Source: an uncultured Bdellovibrionales bacterium (GTDB taxonomy: Bacteria > Patescibacteriota > Minisyncoccia > Moranbacterales > UBA1568). Taken from it: a stretch of DNA of 64,000 nt. Below the pieces are notes generated by a model, which saw nothing but the letters and a program-made list of their open reading frames with translations, made no database searches and was not told the origin of the DNA. Position 1 is the first letter of the stretch, and every line of letters begins with the position of its first letter. The DNA lies in the NCBI GenBank assembly GCA_964597355.1, contig CAZQWS010000002.1, positions 34,262 to 98,261 on the forward strand, given 5' to 3'. Made by a program: the position numbers and the translations under genes. Below, piece by piece: positions 49,829 to 59,101 of the stretch.

Positions 49829-49979
49829 AGCCCAGTTGCGGTTTATAGGTACACGGTTTTCACTAACCAATAACCTATAACTTAAAACCTATAACAACTC
49901 AAAATTGCTTTGTTATCGGTGATAGGTTATGGGTAGTAGGTTAATGGAAACCGCGTGTTTATGAGCCGTTAGTTGGGCT
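49829..49979 (+). promoter_or_regulatory. Long hairpin 5' leader of pnp
   Basis: AGCCCAGTT.../...AGTTGGGCT closes an imperfect ~150-nt hairpin; promoter TTGACA(49777)-17-TAGAGT. Confidence 0.7.
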
Positions 49980-49989
49980 CATAACTCTT

Positions 49990-52128
49990 ATGCAAGGAGC
50001 CAAAAAATGGTCTCTTCAGCTCGGTGGACGGGAGCTTAGCATCTCAACCGGTCTTTTGGCAGCTCAGGCCAATGGAGCGGTCACCGTACAATATGGCGAC
50101 ACAGTCGTTCTCGCGACGGCCGTCATGAGCCAGTCAATGTCCAAAATCACAGGGTATTTCCCTTTGATGGTGGATTTTGAGGAACGTTATTATGCAGCCG
50201 GGAAAATCAAAGGTTCTCGGTTTATTAAACGTGAAGGAAAGCCCAGTGACGACGCTATTCTTTCAGGACGAGCCGTTGATCGCACTATTCGGCCGCTGTT
50301 TAATTCGCGCATGCGGAACGAAGTCCAGGTAGTGACAACTGTCCTCTCCTATGACGGGGAGAATGATCCAGATCTTGTAGCTATGATTGCAGCTTCCGCG
50401 GCGCTTACTCTTTCTGATATCCCTTGGGACGGGCCGATCGGAGCGGTGCGAGTGGGAATTCTCAGCGACGGAGGTTTCGTTCTGAATCCTTCGAGTGAAG
50501 AGCGACGTACGAGCGCGCTCGACCTCCTCGTAGCGGGTACCCAGGGGAAAATCAACATGATTGAGTGTGCAGCGAGTGAAATTCCCGAAGAGAAAATGAC
50601 TGAGGCATTCCGCTTTGGACATGAGGCCATTCAGAAAATAACGAGTTTTATTGAATCTATCTGTAAGGAAGCTGGGAAAGAGAAGCGAGCAGCCGCTCTC
50701 TTGGTTGGTTCGGAAGCGTTTGAAGCCAAAATGAAAGAATATCTCTCTACTTCTGGCTTGGCGGAAGCATTGTATCTCCGCCCCAAGGCAGCCATGGTTG
50801 CCAAAACAGCTGAAGTAGAGGCAGAGGTTGCCAAGTATGCAGCGGAACACTTCCCAGAGGAGCCAAACCAGAGTGAAGTACTCTCGCTCATTATGGAGGA
50901 ATTCTCGGACAATGTGCTGCATACCAATATTCTTGAGAAGGATACTCGTCCAGATGGCCGTGGTTTGACAGAGATCCGTCCTTTGTCGGCACAGATTGGC
51001 ATTTTGCCTCGGACCCATGGGACTGGGCTCTTTAAGCGTGGAGAAACCCAGGTCTTGACCGTGACGACTTTGGGAGCACCTGGGGACGAGATGGTAGTTG
51101 ATACCATGGAAACGGATGAGAAGAAACGCTACATGCACTTCTACAATTTTCCAGCCTATTCAGTAGGGGAAATTAAGCCAATGCGTGGTCCTGGACGACG
51201 CGAAGTTGGTCATGGAGCCTTGGCTGAGAAGGCGCTTTTGCCGGTACTGCCAACCAAAGAAGACTTCCCCTACACGATTCACCTTGTTTCAGAAGTACTT
51301 TCTTCGAATGGTTCTTCTTCGCAGGCCTCTGTTTGTGGTTCGACCCTTTCTCTTATGGATGCGGGCGTACCGATCAAGAAGCCGGTTTCAGGTATTGCTA
51401 TGGGAGTGATCACAGGGAAAGACGGTAGTTTCAAAGTGTTGACTGATATCCAGGGTCTCGAAGATCATTACGGGGACATGGACTTTAAGGTAGCTGGCAC
51501 GGTTGATGGAATTACTGCCATGCAGATGGATGTGAAAATCGATGGTTTGACGCCGGATATGCTCGGGATCGCTATCAAACAGGCAAAGGATGCCCGCTTA
51601 GAAATCATGCAGGTAATGCTTGAGGCTATCCCAGAGCCACGCAAAGTCATGTCGCCCTATGCGCCACGCATTATCACGCTTCATATCAACCCAGAGAAGA
51701 TTCGGGATGTGATCGGTCCTGGCGGCAAGATGATCAACCAGATTATCGATGAGACGGGAGTGTCTATCGATATCGAAGACGATGGCTCAGTCTTCATTAC
51801 TTCAGTTGATGAGACGAGCGCTGCGAAAGCGGTCGATTGGATTCGAAATATCACTCGAGAAGTGGCGCCTGGAGAGCTCTTTCAAGGCCGGATTACTCGG
51901 ATTATGAACTTCGGTGCCTTTGCTGAAGTATTGCCGAACCAAGAAGGGCTTATCCATATTTCGGAACTGGCTGACTATCGGGTGGAAAAGGTCGAGGATA
52001 TCGTCAAGGTAGGCGATATGGTGCCAGTCATTGTTAAAGAAATCGATGCCCAAGGCCGGATCAACCTTTCCCACAAAATGGCCAAAGCTAAGCTCGTACG
52101 AGAACAGCTTGGAGAAGATCAGGAGTAG
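49990..52128 (+). CDS. pnp: Polyribonucleotide nucleotidyltransferase
   Basis: RTIRPLF, RREVGHG, SNGSSS, GDMDFKVAG, KH VIGPGGK, S1 domain. Confidence 0.98.
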   Translation: MQGAKKWSLQLGGRELSISTGLLAAQANGAVTVQYGDTVVLATAVMSQSMSKITGYFPLMVDFEERYYAAGKIKGSRFIKREGKPSDDAILSGRAVDRTIRPLFNSRMRNEVQVVTTVLSYDGENDPDLVAMIAASAALTLSDIPWDGPIGAVRVGILSDGGFVLNPSSEERRTSALDLLVAGTQGKINMIECAASEIPEEKMTEAFRFGHEAIQKITSFIESICKEAGKEKRAAALLVGSEAFEAKMKEYLSTSGLAEALYLRPKAAMVAKTAEVEAEVAKYAAEHFPEEPNQSEVLSLIMEEFSDNVLHTNILEKDTRPDGRGLTEIRPLSAQIGILPRTHGTGLFKRGETQVLTVTTLGAPGDEMVVDTMETDEKKRYMHFYNFPAYSVGEIKPMRGPGRREVGHGALAEKALLPVLPTKEDFPYTIHLVSEVLSSNGSSSQASVCGSTLSLMDAGVPIKKPVSGIAMGVITGKDGSFKVLTDIQGLEDHYGDMDFKVAGTVDGITAMQMDVKIDGLTPDMLGIAIKQAKDARLEIMQVMLEAIPEPRKVMSPYAPRIITLHINPEKIRDVIGPGGKMINQIIDETGVSIDIEDDGSVFITSVDETSAAKAVDWIRNITREVAPGELFQGRITRIMNFGAFAEVLPNQEGLIHISELADYRVEKVEDIVKVGDMVPVIVKEIDAQGRINLSHKMAKAKLVREQLGEDQE

Positions 52129-52270
52129 GTTAGTATTGTTTGAGGTGGTCACTTAGCTTGTAGCGATATGCTAAGGCTTTTGGCCCTCTCAATCAAAGTG
52201 ATATACTAAGGAAGCAATTTCGTGCTTCCTTTTAGTTTTTCTTTCAATACAAAATGTTTTTCTACTGATT

Positions 52271-53443
52271 ATGTTTTCTTGGCTCAAGCACAACCCCCGT
52301 CTTGCTTCTCGCGGCCAGTATCCATCTGAGATTACCCGTGCCATTCACACTATGGCTGACGACATGGGTAAGCCAACTCAAGCAGAAGCTGTTGTTCAAG
52401 AACCACTTGTCGCCTTTCAGCCTGGCCAGGCTTCTGGAGCTGCGTTTTATGCTGCTCCAGAGATTCTTGAGTCCACAGATTCTTCTCCTCTAGCAACGAG
52501 CCCCTTTCTTAGTGATGCATCACCAGCAGTTTCGCCTCGTGTCTTGGAAGAAGAAAATCTATCGATTCCTCAGGGTGAAGAAGCTATGCTTTTGAATCAA
52601 ATGCGCGAACTGGAAACAGCTACTTCAGTTACGACGAGTTCTCCCTCTACGGGTGAAGTTTTTCCGTCCACGGCAGTATTTTCCTGGAGGGAGAAAATTC
52701 GCCAGTACAAGGTATGGATCCTAGGTATCAGCATACCCATTCTTCTCTTGATAGGGGCAGTTTTTTGGTATTGGTGGCAGTCACGAGCGCAAACCCCCCC
52801 GCCAGTTGTGAGTGAAGGGGTGGTTAAAGAGGTTCTACCAACTATTGAGATCAAAGTGGAAAAGGAAGAGGAACCAACCAGGACACATTACTCGATTGAC
52901 CAACCGAATCTTCTCTCTTTTGACATAGAGACGGTGACAGCCGAGAGTATTGTTATGGAATTTCTCAAGGTCGCACTTTCGATTAAGCAGGATAACCTGC
53001 GCCAGCCAGTAGAATTTTTGGCGAGAGACCAAAACTACAATCCATTGGCTTTTTCTCGTTTTGCGTATCTCCTCAATCTAGATCTTTCTCCAGAAATCCT
53101 GAGTACGCTGGACGAAAATTTCTCACTTTTCTTTTTCCTTGACCAAGAGTGGCCTCGGATGGGTCTCCTGCTTACCATTAAGGACAAAGCCGCCTTTACA
53201 GAGTCACTCAAGGCGGGAGAAATGACACTGCCAAAGACTTGGGAGCCTTTTTATCTCGACAAGACCACTGCCCCCAAGACAGGGCTTACTTTCCGTTCAG
53301 GAATATACCAAGATCGGCCACTCCGGTACGTCAATATTGATTCAACGATAAATCTGTCGGTTGATTATGTCGTACGGGAGAACCAATGGATTATTGGCAC
53401 GAGTCAAAATACGCTTCGAGCCCTGCTTGATCAAAAAAACTGA
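52271..53443 (+). CDS. Single-TM hypothetical protein with disordered N-terminus
   Basis: 390-aa ORF; one TM near aa 148-168. Confidence 0.65.
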   Translation: MFSWLKHNPRLASRGQYPSEITRAIHTMADDMGKPTQAEAVVQEPLVAFQPGQASGAAFYAAPEILESTDSSPLATSPFLSDASPAVSPRVLEEENLSIPQGEEAMLLNQMRELETATSVTTSSPSTGEVFPSTAVFSWREKIRQYKVWILGISIPILLLIGAVFWYWWQSRAQTPPPVVSEGVVKEVLPTIEIKVEKEEEPTRTHYSIDQPNLLSFDIETVTAESIVMEFLKVALSIKQDNLRQPVEFLARDQNYNPLAFSRFAYLLNLDLSPEILSTLDENFSLFFFLDQEWPRMGLLLTIKDKAAFTESLKAGEMTLPKTWEPFYLDKTTAPKTGLTFRSGIYQDRPLRYVNIDSTINLSVDYVVRENQWIIGTSQNTLRALLDQKN

Positions 53444-53610
53444 AAAGATGTCGTAGCGGCCGATAGCTTTTAGATGTTGGGAGCAACAATCTTTGAATCT
53501 CAAAAGAAAGTCGAGAGACTTTTTCTCGAGGGAACAATGAATAGATCATGGAGAAAAGTATTTTAAAAAATACTTTTTACTTAGTAGTGTGCTAGGAACA
53601 GCGAGAGAAG

Positions 53611-53639
53611 TTGACTTCAGTGTTTTTTTCTGCTATACT
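53611..53639 (+). promoter_or_regulatory. Strong sigma70 promoter with no credible ORF for ~800 nt downstream
   Basis: TTGACT-17 bp-TATACT with extended -10 TG. Confidence 0.75.
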
Positions 53640-53645
53640 AGATGT

Positions 53646-54405
53646 GTTGCAGTAAAAAATTCTTTGACAATTTGATCTTCTAACGTCTCCATAAGAGCAG
53701 AAGACCTCTCTTCTTGAATTTTTGTCTCAAGAGAAGATATCTTCTGCTGCTTAACCGCTGTGACAATGTTCATAGCTGCTCTCTTTTCTGGACACAGAGA
53801 GCCGGTCGCCAAAACAAACACACAAAATGTCGAGAAAATTAATATTGCTCGGCCTTTACACAAAAACAAAAAACAAAAACGTAGTTCCTTCACAAGTTTG
53901 CCAGGCTTAACGCCAAAAAGCGGTAGAAGATCGAGAAAGTAACCAGAACTTTCCACCCATTCGCGTCTGTCACAAAATACATACCTCTCCGCGTAGAAGC
54001 GACTTTGCCTCTCACCCGGGCTAGACTTCTCCAGAGATATGTTGGGCACACGCACGCTGGGCGCTTGCACAGCCAATTTTTTATAATATTGGGCGTCGTC
54101 AAGCGCCCGGCACCAACACCTTTTCCAAAAGTTGGGAGATGGGAGTGAGGAGATAGAGAAAAAGTCAGATGGCCAAGAATGGCCGTTTTTTTGTTGTCTG
54201 TCGACGAGTATTCGAGCCGCTACAGACAACAAACCCCGTGGATGGTTCACCGAAAACTATTTGTAAGCTGGAATGTAAGACGCAGCCGGTGTTTCTAGAG
54301 AGAGTGTATATTATCTCATGTGATATAAGCCATTTTACGGGGTCATGGTTCCTTGTATTTTTCGAGTCGCTACAGACTAAACCCTGAGTGGAATCGAAGG
54401 GTTAT
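53646..54405 (+). ncRNA. Candidate large structured non-coding RNA
   Basis: Numerous local and long-range complementary segments, A/C-rich linkers and an internal 17-nt repeat; see findings. Confidence 0.55.
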
Positions 54406-54454
54406 CATTGCTGAATGAGCCTTTTAGCCTTAGAATAAGCACAATTTCAACATT

Positions 54455-54835
54455 ATGGCCGAACATATTGAAGTAGGGAAACAAGGAGAGGAACTGGCAG
54501 AAGCGTATCTTCGAGAGCAGGGTTACAAGATACTGGGCCGGAATATCGCTAATCCTCTGGGAAAACGCCTGGGGGAAATCGACATTGTGGCAGAAAAAAC
54601 CAAGGAAGTTATCTTTGTTGAAGTCAAAACTCTTGTGGCGAAACCGGGACGAGAAGTCTATCTCCCTGAGTGGCAGGTAACCCGTTCTAAACTCGTGAAA
54701 CTGGAACGGATTGCGGGTTATTACCTTCGAAACAATGGCTTGGCTGAGCGGAATTATCGTTTTGATGTGATAGCGGTGACTTTGCGGACTAATACCGATC
54801 CAGAAATCCGTCATATCGAGCACGCTTTCCTCTAG
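54455..54835 (+). CDS. yraN: YraN-family (UPF0102) nuclease
   Basis: G..GEELA..YL...GY.IL.RN, GEIDIVA, FVEVKT, RFDVIAV. Confidence 0.93.
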   Translation: MAEHIEVGKQGEELAEAYLREQGYKILGRNIANPLGKRLGEIDIVAEKTKEVIFVEVKTLVAKPGREVYLPEWQVTRSKLVKLERIAGYYLRNNGLAERNYRFDVIAVTLRTNTDPEIRHIEHAFL

Positions 54836-54890
54836 ACGCTCTCCTTAAAAGCCTCTATACTGGAGGTACTTTTACTTTTCATACACCTTT

Positions 54891-55241
54891 ATGGCGCTCG
54901 ACCCGGCAATGCTCTCTCAACTCAAAGACAAGCTTCTGGCTGAAAAGACTCGCCTTGAAGCGGACCTTTCACGTATGGGCAATCCTACCGATGTCGCTGG
55001 GAATTATGAGATGAAATTCGATGATCTTGGGAATGACCCGGATGAAAATGCGAGTGAAGTCGAGGAATACGTCGATACGGTAGCAGTAGAAGGCAACTTG
55101 GAGGGCCAACTCAAGGACGTGAATGATGCTTTGGCCAAGATGGACGCTGGGGCATACGGTGTCTGTGAAAAAACAGGCGAAGAGATTCCAGTAGAGCGTC
55201 TCCAGGCTTTCCCAGCCGCTCGGAACAAGGTGGGAGCATAG
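54891..55241 (+). CDS. TraR/DksA-family protein with degenerate zinc finger
   Basis: Coiled coil; DALAKMDAGAYGVCEKTGEEIPVERLQAFPAA. Confidence 0.85.
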   Translation: MALDPAMLSQLKDKLLAEKTRLEADLSRMGNPTDVAGNYEMKFDDLGNDPDENASEVEEYVDTVAVEGNLEGQLKDVNDALAKMDAGAYGVCEKTGEEIPVERLQAFPAARNKVGA

Positions 55242-55248
55242 TTAGCGT

Positions 55249-55665
55249 ATGAAATTCCTGCAGAAAGAGGCGATTGGGCTGCCTCTTTTTGTTTTTTTAT
55301 CTGTCATCGATCTTCTACTCCGCTTTACATGGCTAGCAAGAGACACTTTGATATGTAATCGAGGAGTATTTTGGGGGATAGAACTGCCACCCTTTTGGCT
55401 CATGCTTATTATCGGAGGATTGCTGCTTTGCCTTGGGCATTTGTTTATTCAGGCACGTTTCTTTGAAGAGCAGTTCTTTCTCGGGCTTATGTTGCTTGGC
55501 GGGGGAGTGAACGCTCTCGATCGGCTGGCGCATGACTGCGTGCTTGATTATTTCTCCTGGCCACTTGGTCTTGCAAGTCTTTTGCCAAACTTCAACCTGG
55601 CTGATATGATGCTACTTCTAGGGCTTTTCGGGCTGGGAGGAATCTTTTTGAAACGGAAACACTAA
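55249..55665 (+). CDS. lspA: Lipoprotein signal peptidase II
   Basis: NRGVFWG, GGGVNALDR, VLDY, FNLADM. Confidence 0.85.
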   Translation: MKFLQKEAIGLPLFVFLSVIDLLLRFTWLARDTLICNRGVFWGIELPPFWLMLIIGGLLLCLGHLFIQARFFEEQFFLGLMLLGGGVNALDRLAHDCVLDYFSWPLGLASLLPNFNLADMMLLLGLFGLGGIFLKRKH

Positions 55666-55669
55666 TTTT

Positions 55670-57184
55670 ATGCCGGCCAAGGTATTTTCAGGAGCAACAT
55701 TTGGACTCGATGGAGTGTTGGTGGAAATTGAGGCGGATGTCCTAACCAAAGGGTTACACCAATTCAATGTCGTCGGTCTCCCTGATGCAGCAGTCAAAGA
55801 AGCTCGCGATCGGGTGAGTGCAGCGATCAAAAATACCGATTTCAAGCCACCACACATGAGCGGTCGAGTGACGATCAACCTAGCCCCGGCCGATCTCCCT
55901 AAGAGTTCATCAACTTACGATCTAGGAATGGCGCTTGCTTTTTTGGCAGCGACCAAACAAATCGGTTTCCATCCGGAAGGAAAGTTTTTTATCGGAGAAC
56001 TCGCGCTTGATGGCCGCTTGCGCCGGGTCAATGGCGTATTATCGCTGGTTTTGTTTGCTAAAGAAGCTGGTTTCAAGGAAGTATTTATACCCAAAGAAAA
56101 TGCGAAGGAAGCCGCTTTGGTACCAGGCATGACCATTTTTGCCGGAGAACGTCTACGCGATATCACCGAGCATCTCGAAGGCCGCAAGCTGCTCTCGTCT
56201 GAGGTGCCTACGGTGCCAGAATCCCAACTCAATCCTTTCGGGAATGACATGGCTCAAATCAAGGGCCAAGAACACGTGAAGCGAGCGCTCGAAATCGCGG
56301 CGGCAGGTGGGCATAATATTCTCATGATTGGGCCTCCGGGAAGTGGGAAGACCCTTCTTGCCAAGACTTTGCCTTCGATTCTCCCGAGTCTTTCCTTTGA
56401 AGAGTGTCTTGAAATTACCCAAATTTTCTCTATTGCTGGGCAACTCCACAGGAATGTAGCTCTTATTGCTGACCGGCCTTTTCGTTCGCCTCATCATAGT
56501 GCGAGCACGATTTCCCTCATTGGGGGAGGGAGTTTCCCTCGGCCAGGTGAAATCAGTCTGGCCCATCGTGGGGTGTTGTTTCTTGATGAATTTGCAGAGT
56601 TTCCCCGGATGGCTCTTGAAAGCCTCCGTCAGCCACTCGAAGATGGGACAGTGGTGGTTTCTCGGGCTAAGGGCACGCTTACCTTTCCGGCTCGCTTTAT
56701 GCTGGTTGCTGCCATGAATCCTTGTCCGTGCGGTCACTTTGGTGACCCTGAGCGAGTATGCGGCTGCAGTCCATATGCTAGAGAGAAATATCGCCAAAAA
56801 GTGTCAGGGCCAATCCTTGATCGTATCGATCTCCATATTGAAGTGCCGCGGCTCAAGTTTGACGCGCTCCGTGACCCACGCCCAGGAGAAAAGAGTGAAT
56901 CCATCCGTGAACGAGTGGAAAAAGCGAGACGTATCCAACGAGAGCGATTGAAGACAACCAAACGCTTCACCAATGCCGAGCTCGATACCAAACTGCTCGA
57001 GGTACATTGCGGACTCGATCAGGCCTGTCAGAATGTTTTGCGTGAAGCCGTATCCTTCTATAAACTATCACCACGGGCCTATACCCGTATCCTCAAAGTA
57101 GCTCGGACGATTGCTGACCTCGCTGGGTCGGAAAAACTGACCGAGGACCATATCACCGAGGCTCTTCATTATCGTTTGCGATAG
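55670..57184 (+). CDS. comM: YifB/ComM Mg-chelatase-like AAA+ ATPase
   Basis: VGLPDAAVKEARDRV, NLAPADLPK, GPPGSGKT, PGEISLAHRGVLFLDE, AMNPCPCG. Confidence 0.95.
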   Translation: MPAKVFSGATFGLDGVLVEIEADVLTKGLHQFNVVGLPDAAVKEARDRVSAAIKNTDFKPPHMSGRVTINLAPADLPKSSSTYDLGMALAFLAATKQIGFHPEGKFFIGELALDGRLRRVNGVLSLVLFAKEAGFKEVFIPKENAKEAALVPGMTIFAGERLRDITEHLEGRKLLSSEVPTVPESQLNPFGNDMAQIKGQEHVKRALEIAAAGGHNILMIGPPGSGKTLLAKTLPSILPSLSFEECLEITQIFSIAGQLHRNVALIADRPFRSPHHSASTISLIGGGSFPRPGEISLAHRGVLFLDEFAEFPRMALESLRQPLEDGTVVVSRAKGTLTFPARFMLVAAMNPCPCGHFGDPERVCGCSPYAREKYRQKVSGPILDRIDLHIEVPRLKFDALRDPRPGEKSESIRERVEKARRIQRERLKTTKRFTNAELDTKLLEVHCGLDQACQNVLREAVSFYKLSPRAYTRILKVARTIADLAGSEKLTEDHITEALHYRLR

Positions 57185-57342
57185 GACTCGTCTGTTTGTA
57201 CTCAAAATTCGTAAAGCGCGTGGTGAGAGGATGTTAGTTGAGCTGGGTCCTTATTCCTTAATGCCTGATGCTCATATTCACAGCGATTGGCTAGGTACGA
57301 ATTTCTCCGTCCAAACAGGCAAGTCCTATAACTTATTTCAGC

Positions 57343-58287
57343 ATGCGCACCTTTTTCTTAATCTTGTGTTTGGTTGGGGCTCTCGGACTCAGTTTTGTTG
57401 TTTTTACCGGGCCATGGGATACCCGCGAATCTCTGCACTCGAGCAATGAACGGACCGTAACCCTTATAGTTAATAACCAACTGATTGGAAATTTTACTAC
57501 TGAAGCTTCTACGGTGGCTGAGTTCTTGCGTTCAAAAAACTTCACTCCTACTGAGGCGGACAAAATATGGCCCAATCCTGGAGAAAAGTTGGTACTTGGA
57601 ACCTCGATCGTGCTCGAACAGGCCCGGGCTGTGGCCATCAAAGCCGATGGTAAAACAGAAACTGTACACACGACGGAAAATACAGCTCTCGATATTTTGA
57701 ATGAACGAAACATTGTTCTTGATGAGGATGATATGGTGGAACCGTCACGTGAAGAAGTGGTATCGGCTGATGGGACGATTGAAGTAACTCGTGTTGAGAT
57801 CCGAGAAGAACATAGGGATACCGCAATTGATTTTGCTACCAAGGTGAATGAAGACAGTGAATTATCGTGGCGAACGAAGAAGGTGACACAGAAAGGTGAA
57901 AAGGGGACGAAGCGGACCACCTATCGGGTGAGCTATCATAATGGCAAGGAGGTAAAGAGGAAGGTAATAAAGACGGAAACGGTCAAAGAACCGGTGATCG
58001 AAATCGTGACTCAGGGCACCTATGTGAAGCTTGGCAAAAAACATACGGGCGCAGCCTCGTGGTATGCTTGGACTGGAACCATGGCTGCAGCGAATCCCTG
58101 GCTTCCCAAGGGGAGCTATGTGAAGGTTACCAATGTCGATAATGGGAAAAGCGTGATCGTAGTGATTAACGACCGAGGACCTTTTGTACCAGGCCGTATC
58201 ATTGATCTTGACAAGGTGGCCTTTGAAAAAATTGCTTCGCTTGGAGCGGGCGTGATCAATGTGAAAATGGAGGAGATTACGAACTAA
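57343..58287 (+). CDS. Cell-wall protein with DUF348 repeats, G5 domain and RlpA-like DPBB domain
   Basis: TM; TVAEFL, QKGEKG (G5), ASWY, VINDRGPF, IIDL; upstream of rsmA like yabE. Confidence 0.85.
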   Translation: MRTFFLILCLVGALGLSFVVFTGPWDTRESLHSSNERTVTLIVNNQLIGNFTTEASTVAEFLRSKNFTPTEADKIWPNPGEKLVLGTSIVLEQARAVAIKADGKTETVHTTENTALDILNERNIVLDEDDMVEPSREEVVSADGTIEVTRVEIREEHRDTAIDFATKVNEDSELSWRTKKVTQKGEKGTKRTTYRVSYHNGKEVKRKVIKTETVKEPVIEIVTQGTYVKLGKKHTGAASWYAWTGTMAAANPWLPKGSYVKVTNVDNGKSVIVVINDRGPFVPGRIIDLDKVAFEKIASLGAGVINVKMEEITN

Positions 58288-58288
58288 T

Positions 58289-59098
58289 ATGAATGTAAAA
58301 GCCAAGAAATCTTTGGGGCAGAATTTTCTCAAGGACGAAGGTATTATTGAGCAGATTTTGACGACGGCTCTGGTTGGGCCGGAAGATCATGTGTTTGAAG
58401 TGGGTCCTGGGACTGGCGCCCTGACGCAGCGATTGGTGGAACGAGCGCGCCATGTGGTGGCCGTCGAGCTCGACCACGTACTCGTGGAGCGACTGCAACA
58501 ACATTTCGAAAAAAGCGATGGGGTATCTATCCTCGAGGGGAATGTACTCGACATGAATTTGAATGCCGTTTTGGAGCATGCCGGTTGTGAAGGAGGTAAA
58601 TACAAAGTAGTCGCCAATATCCCATACTACATTACAGCTCCGATTATTCGCACCCTCCTTTCACTCGAACTTCAACCCAAGAGTTTGACGTTGATGGTCC
58701 AAAAAGAAGTAGCGGAACGGATGACGGCGAAACCAGGCGACATGAGCTTGCTTTCGCTTATGGTCCAGTATTATAGTGATGCGCGGATTGTTTTTCTGGT
58801 GCCACGTGAAGCCTTTGATCCGGTGCCAGCTGTAGACAGCGCAGTGGTTCATCTCGTACCTAAAAGAATTTTTGATGCTGAAGGTGACCGATCTTTTTTT
58901 CGAGTGGCGCGTGCTGGTTTTGCAGCTCGTCGGAAAACCTTGGCCAACAATTTGAGTTCAAGTTTGGGTGTCGCCCGTGTAGAAATTGAGAAAGTACTTG
59001 CTCTACAAGGATTGCGGACAGATATTCGCGCACAGGCACTTTCAGTGAATGATTGGGAAAAAGTATCCCAGGCGCTCCTCTCTCTTTTGAAAGCATAG
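58289..59098 (+). CDS. rsmA: 16S rRNA dimethyladenosine transferase
   Basis: KKSLGQNFL, EVGPGTGALT, VANIPYYIT, MVQKEVAER, RRKTLAN. Confidence 0.97.
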   Translation: MNVKAKKSLGQNFLKDEGIIEQILTTALVGPEDHVFEVGPGTGALTQRLVERARHVVAVELDHVLVERLQQHFEKSDGVSILEGNVLDMNLNAVLEHAGCEGGKYKVVANIPYYITAPIIRTLLSLELQPKSLTLMVQKEVAERMTAKPGDMSLLSLMVQYYSDARIVFLVPREAFDPVPAVDSAVVHLVPKRIFDAEGDRSFFRVARAGFAARRKTLANNLSSSLGVARVEIEKVLALQGLRTDIRAQALSVNDWEKVSQALLSLLKA

Positions 59099-59101
59099 AG
59101 A

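Noticed and set aside
53633-54250. 205-aa minus-strand ORF, plus small ORFs 53760-53942 and 54169-54387
   Set aside because: No recognisable motifs and odd composition; the long one runs antisense to a strong promoter. A short peptide within the RNA cannot be excluded.
53646-54405. RNase P RNA, tmRNA or group II intron
   Set aside because: No correctly ordered P4 motifs (GAGGAAAGUCC...GGCUUA), no tRNA-Ala-like ends and no domain V hairpin found by eye.
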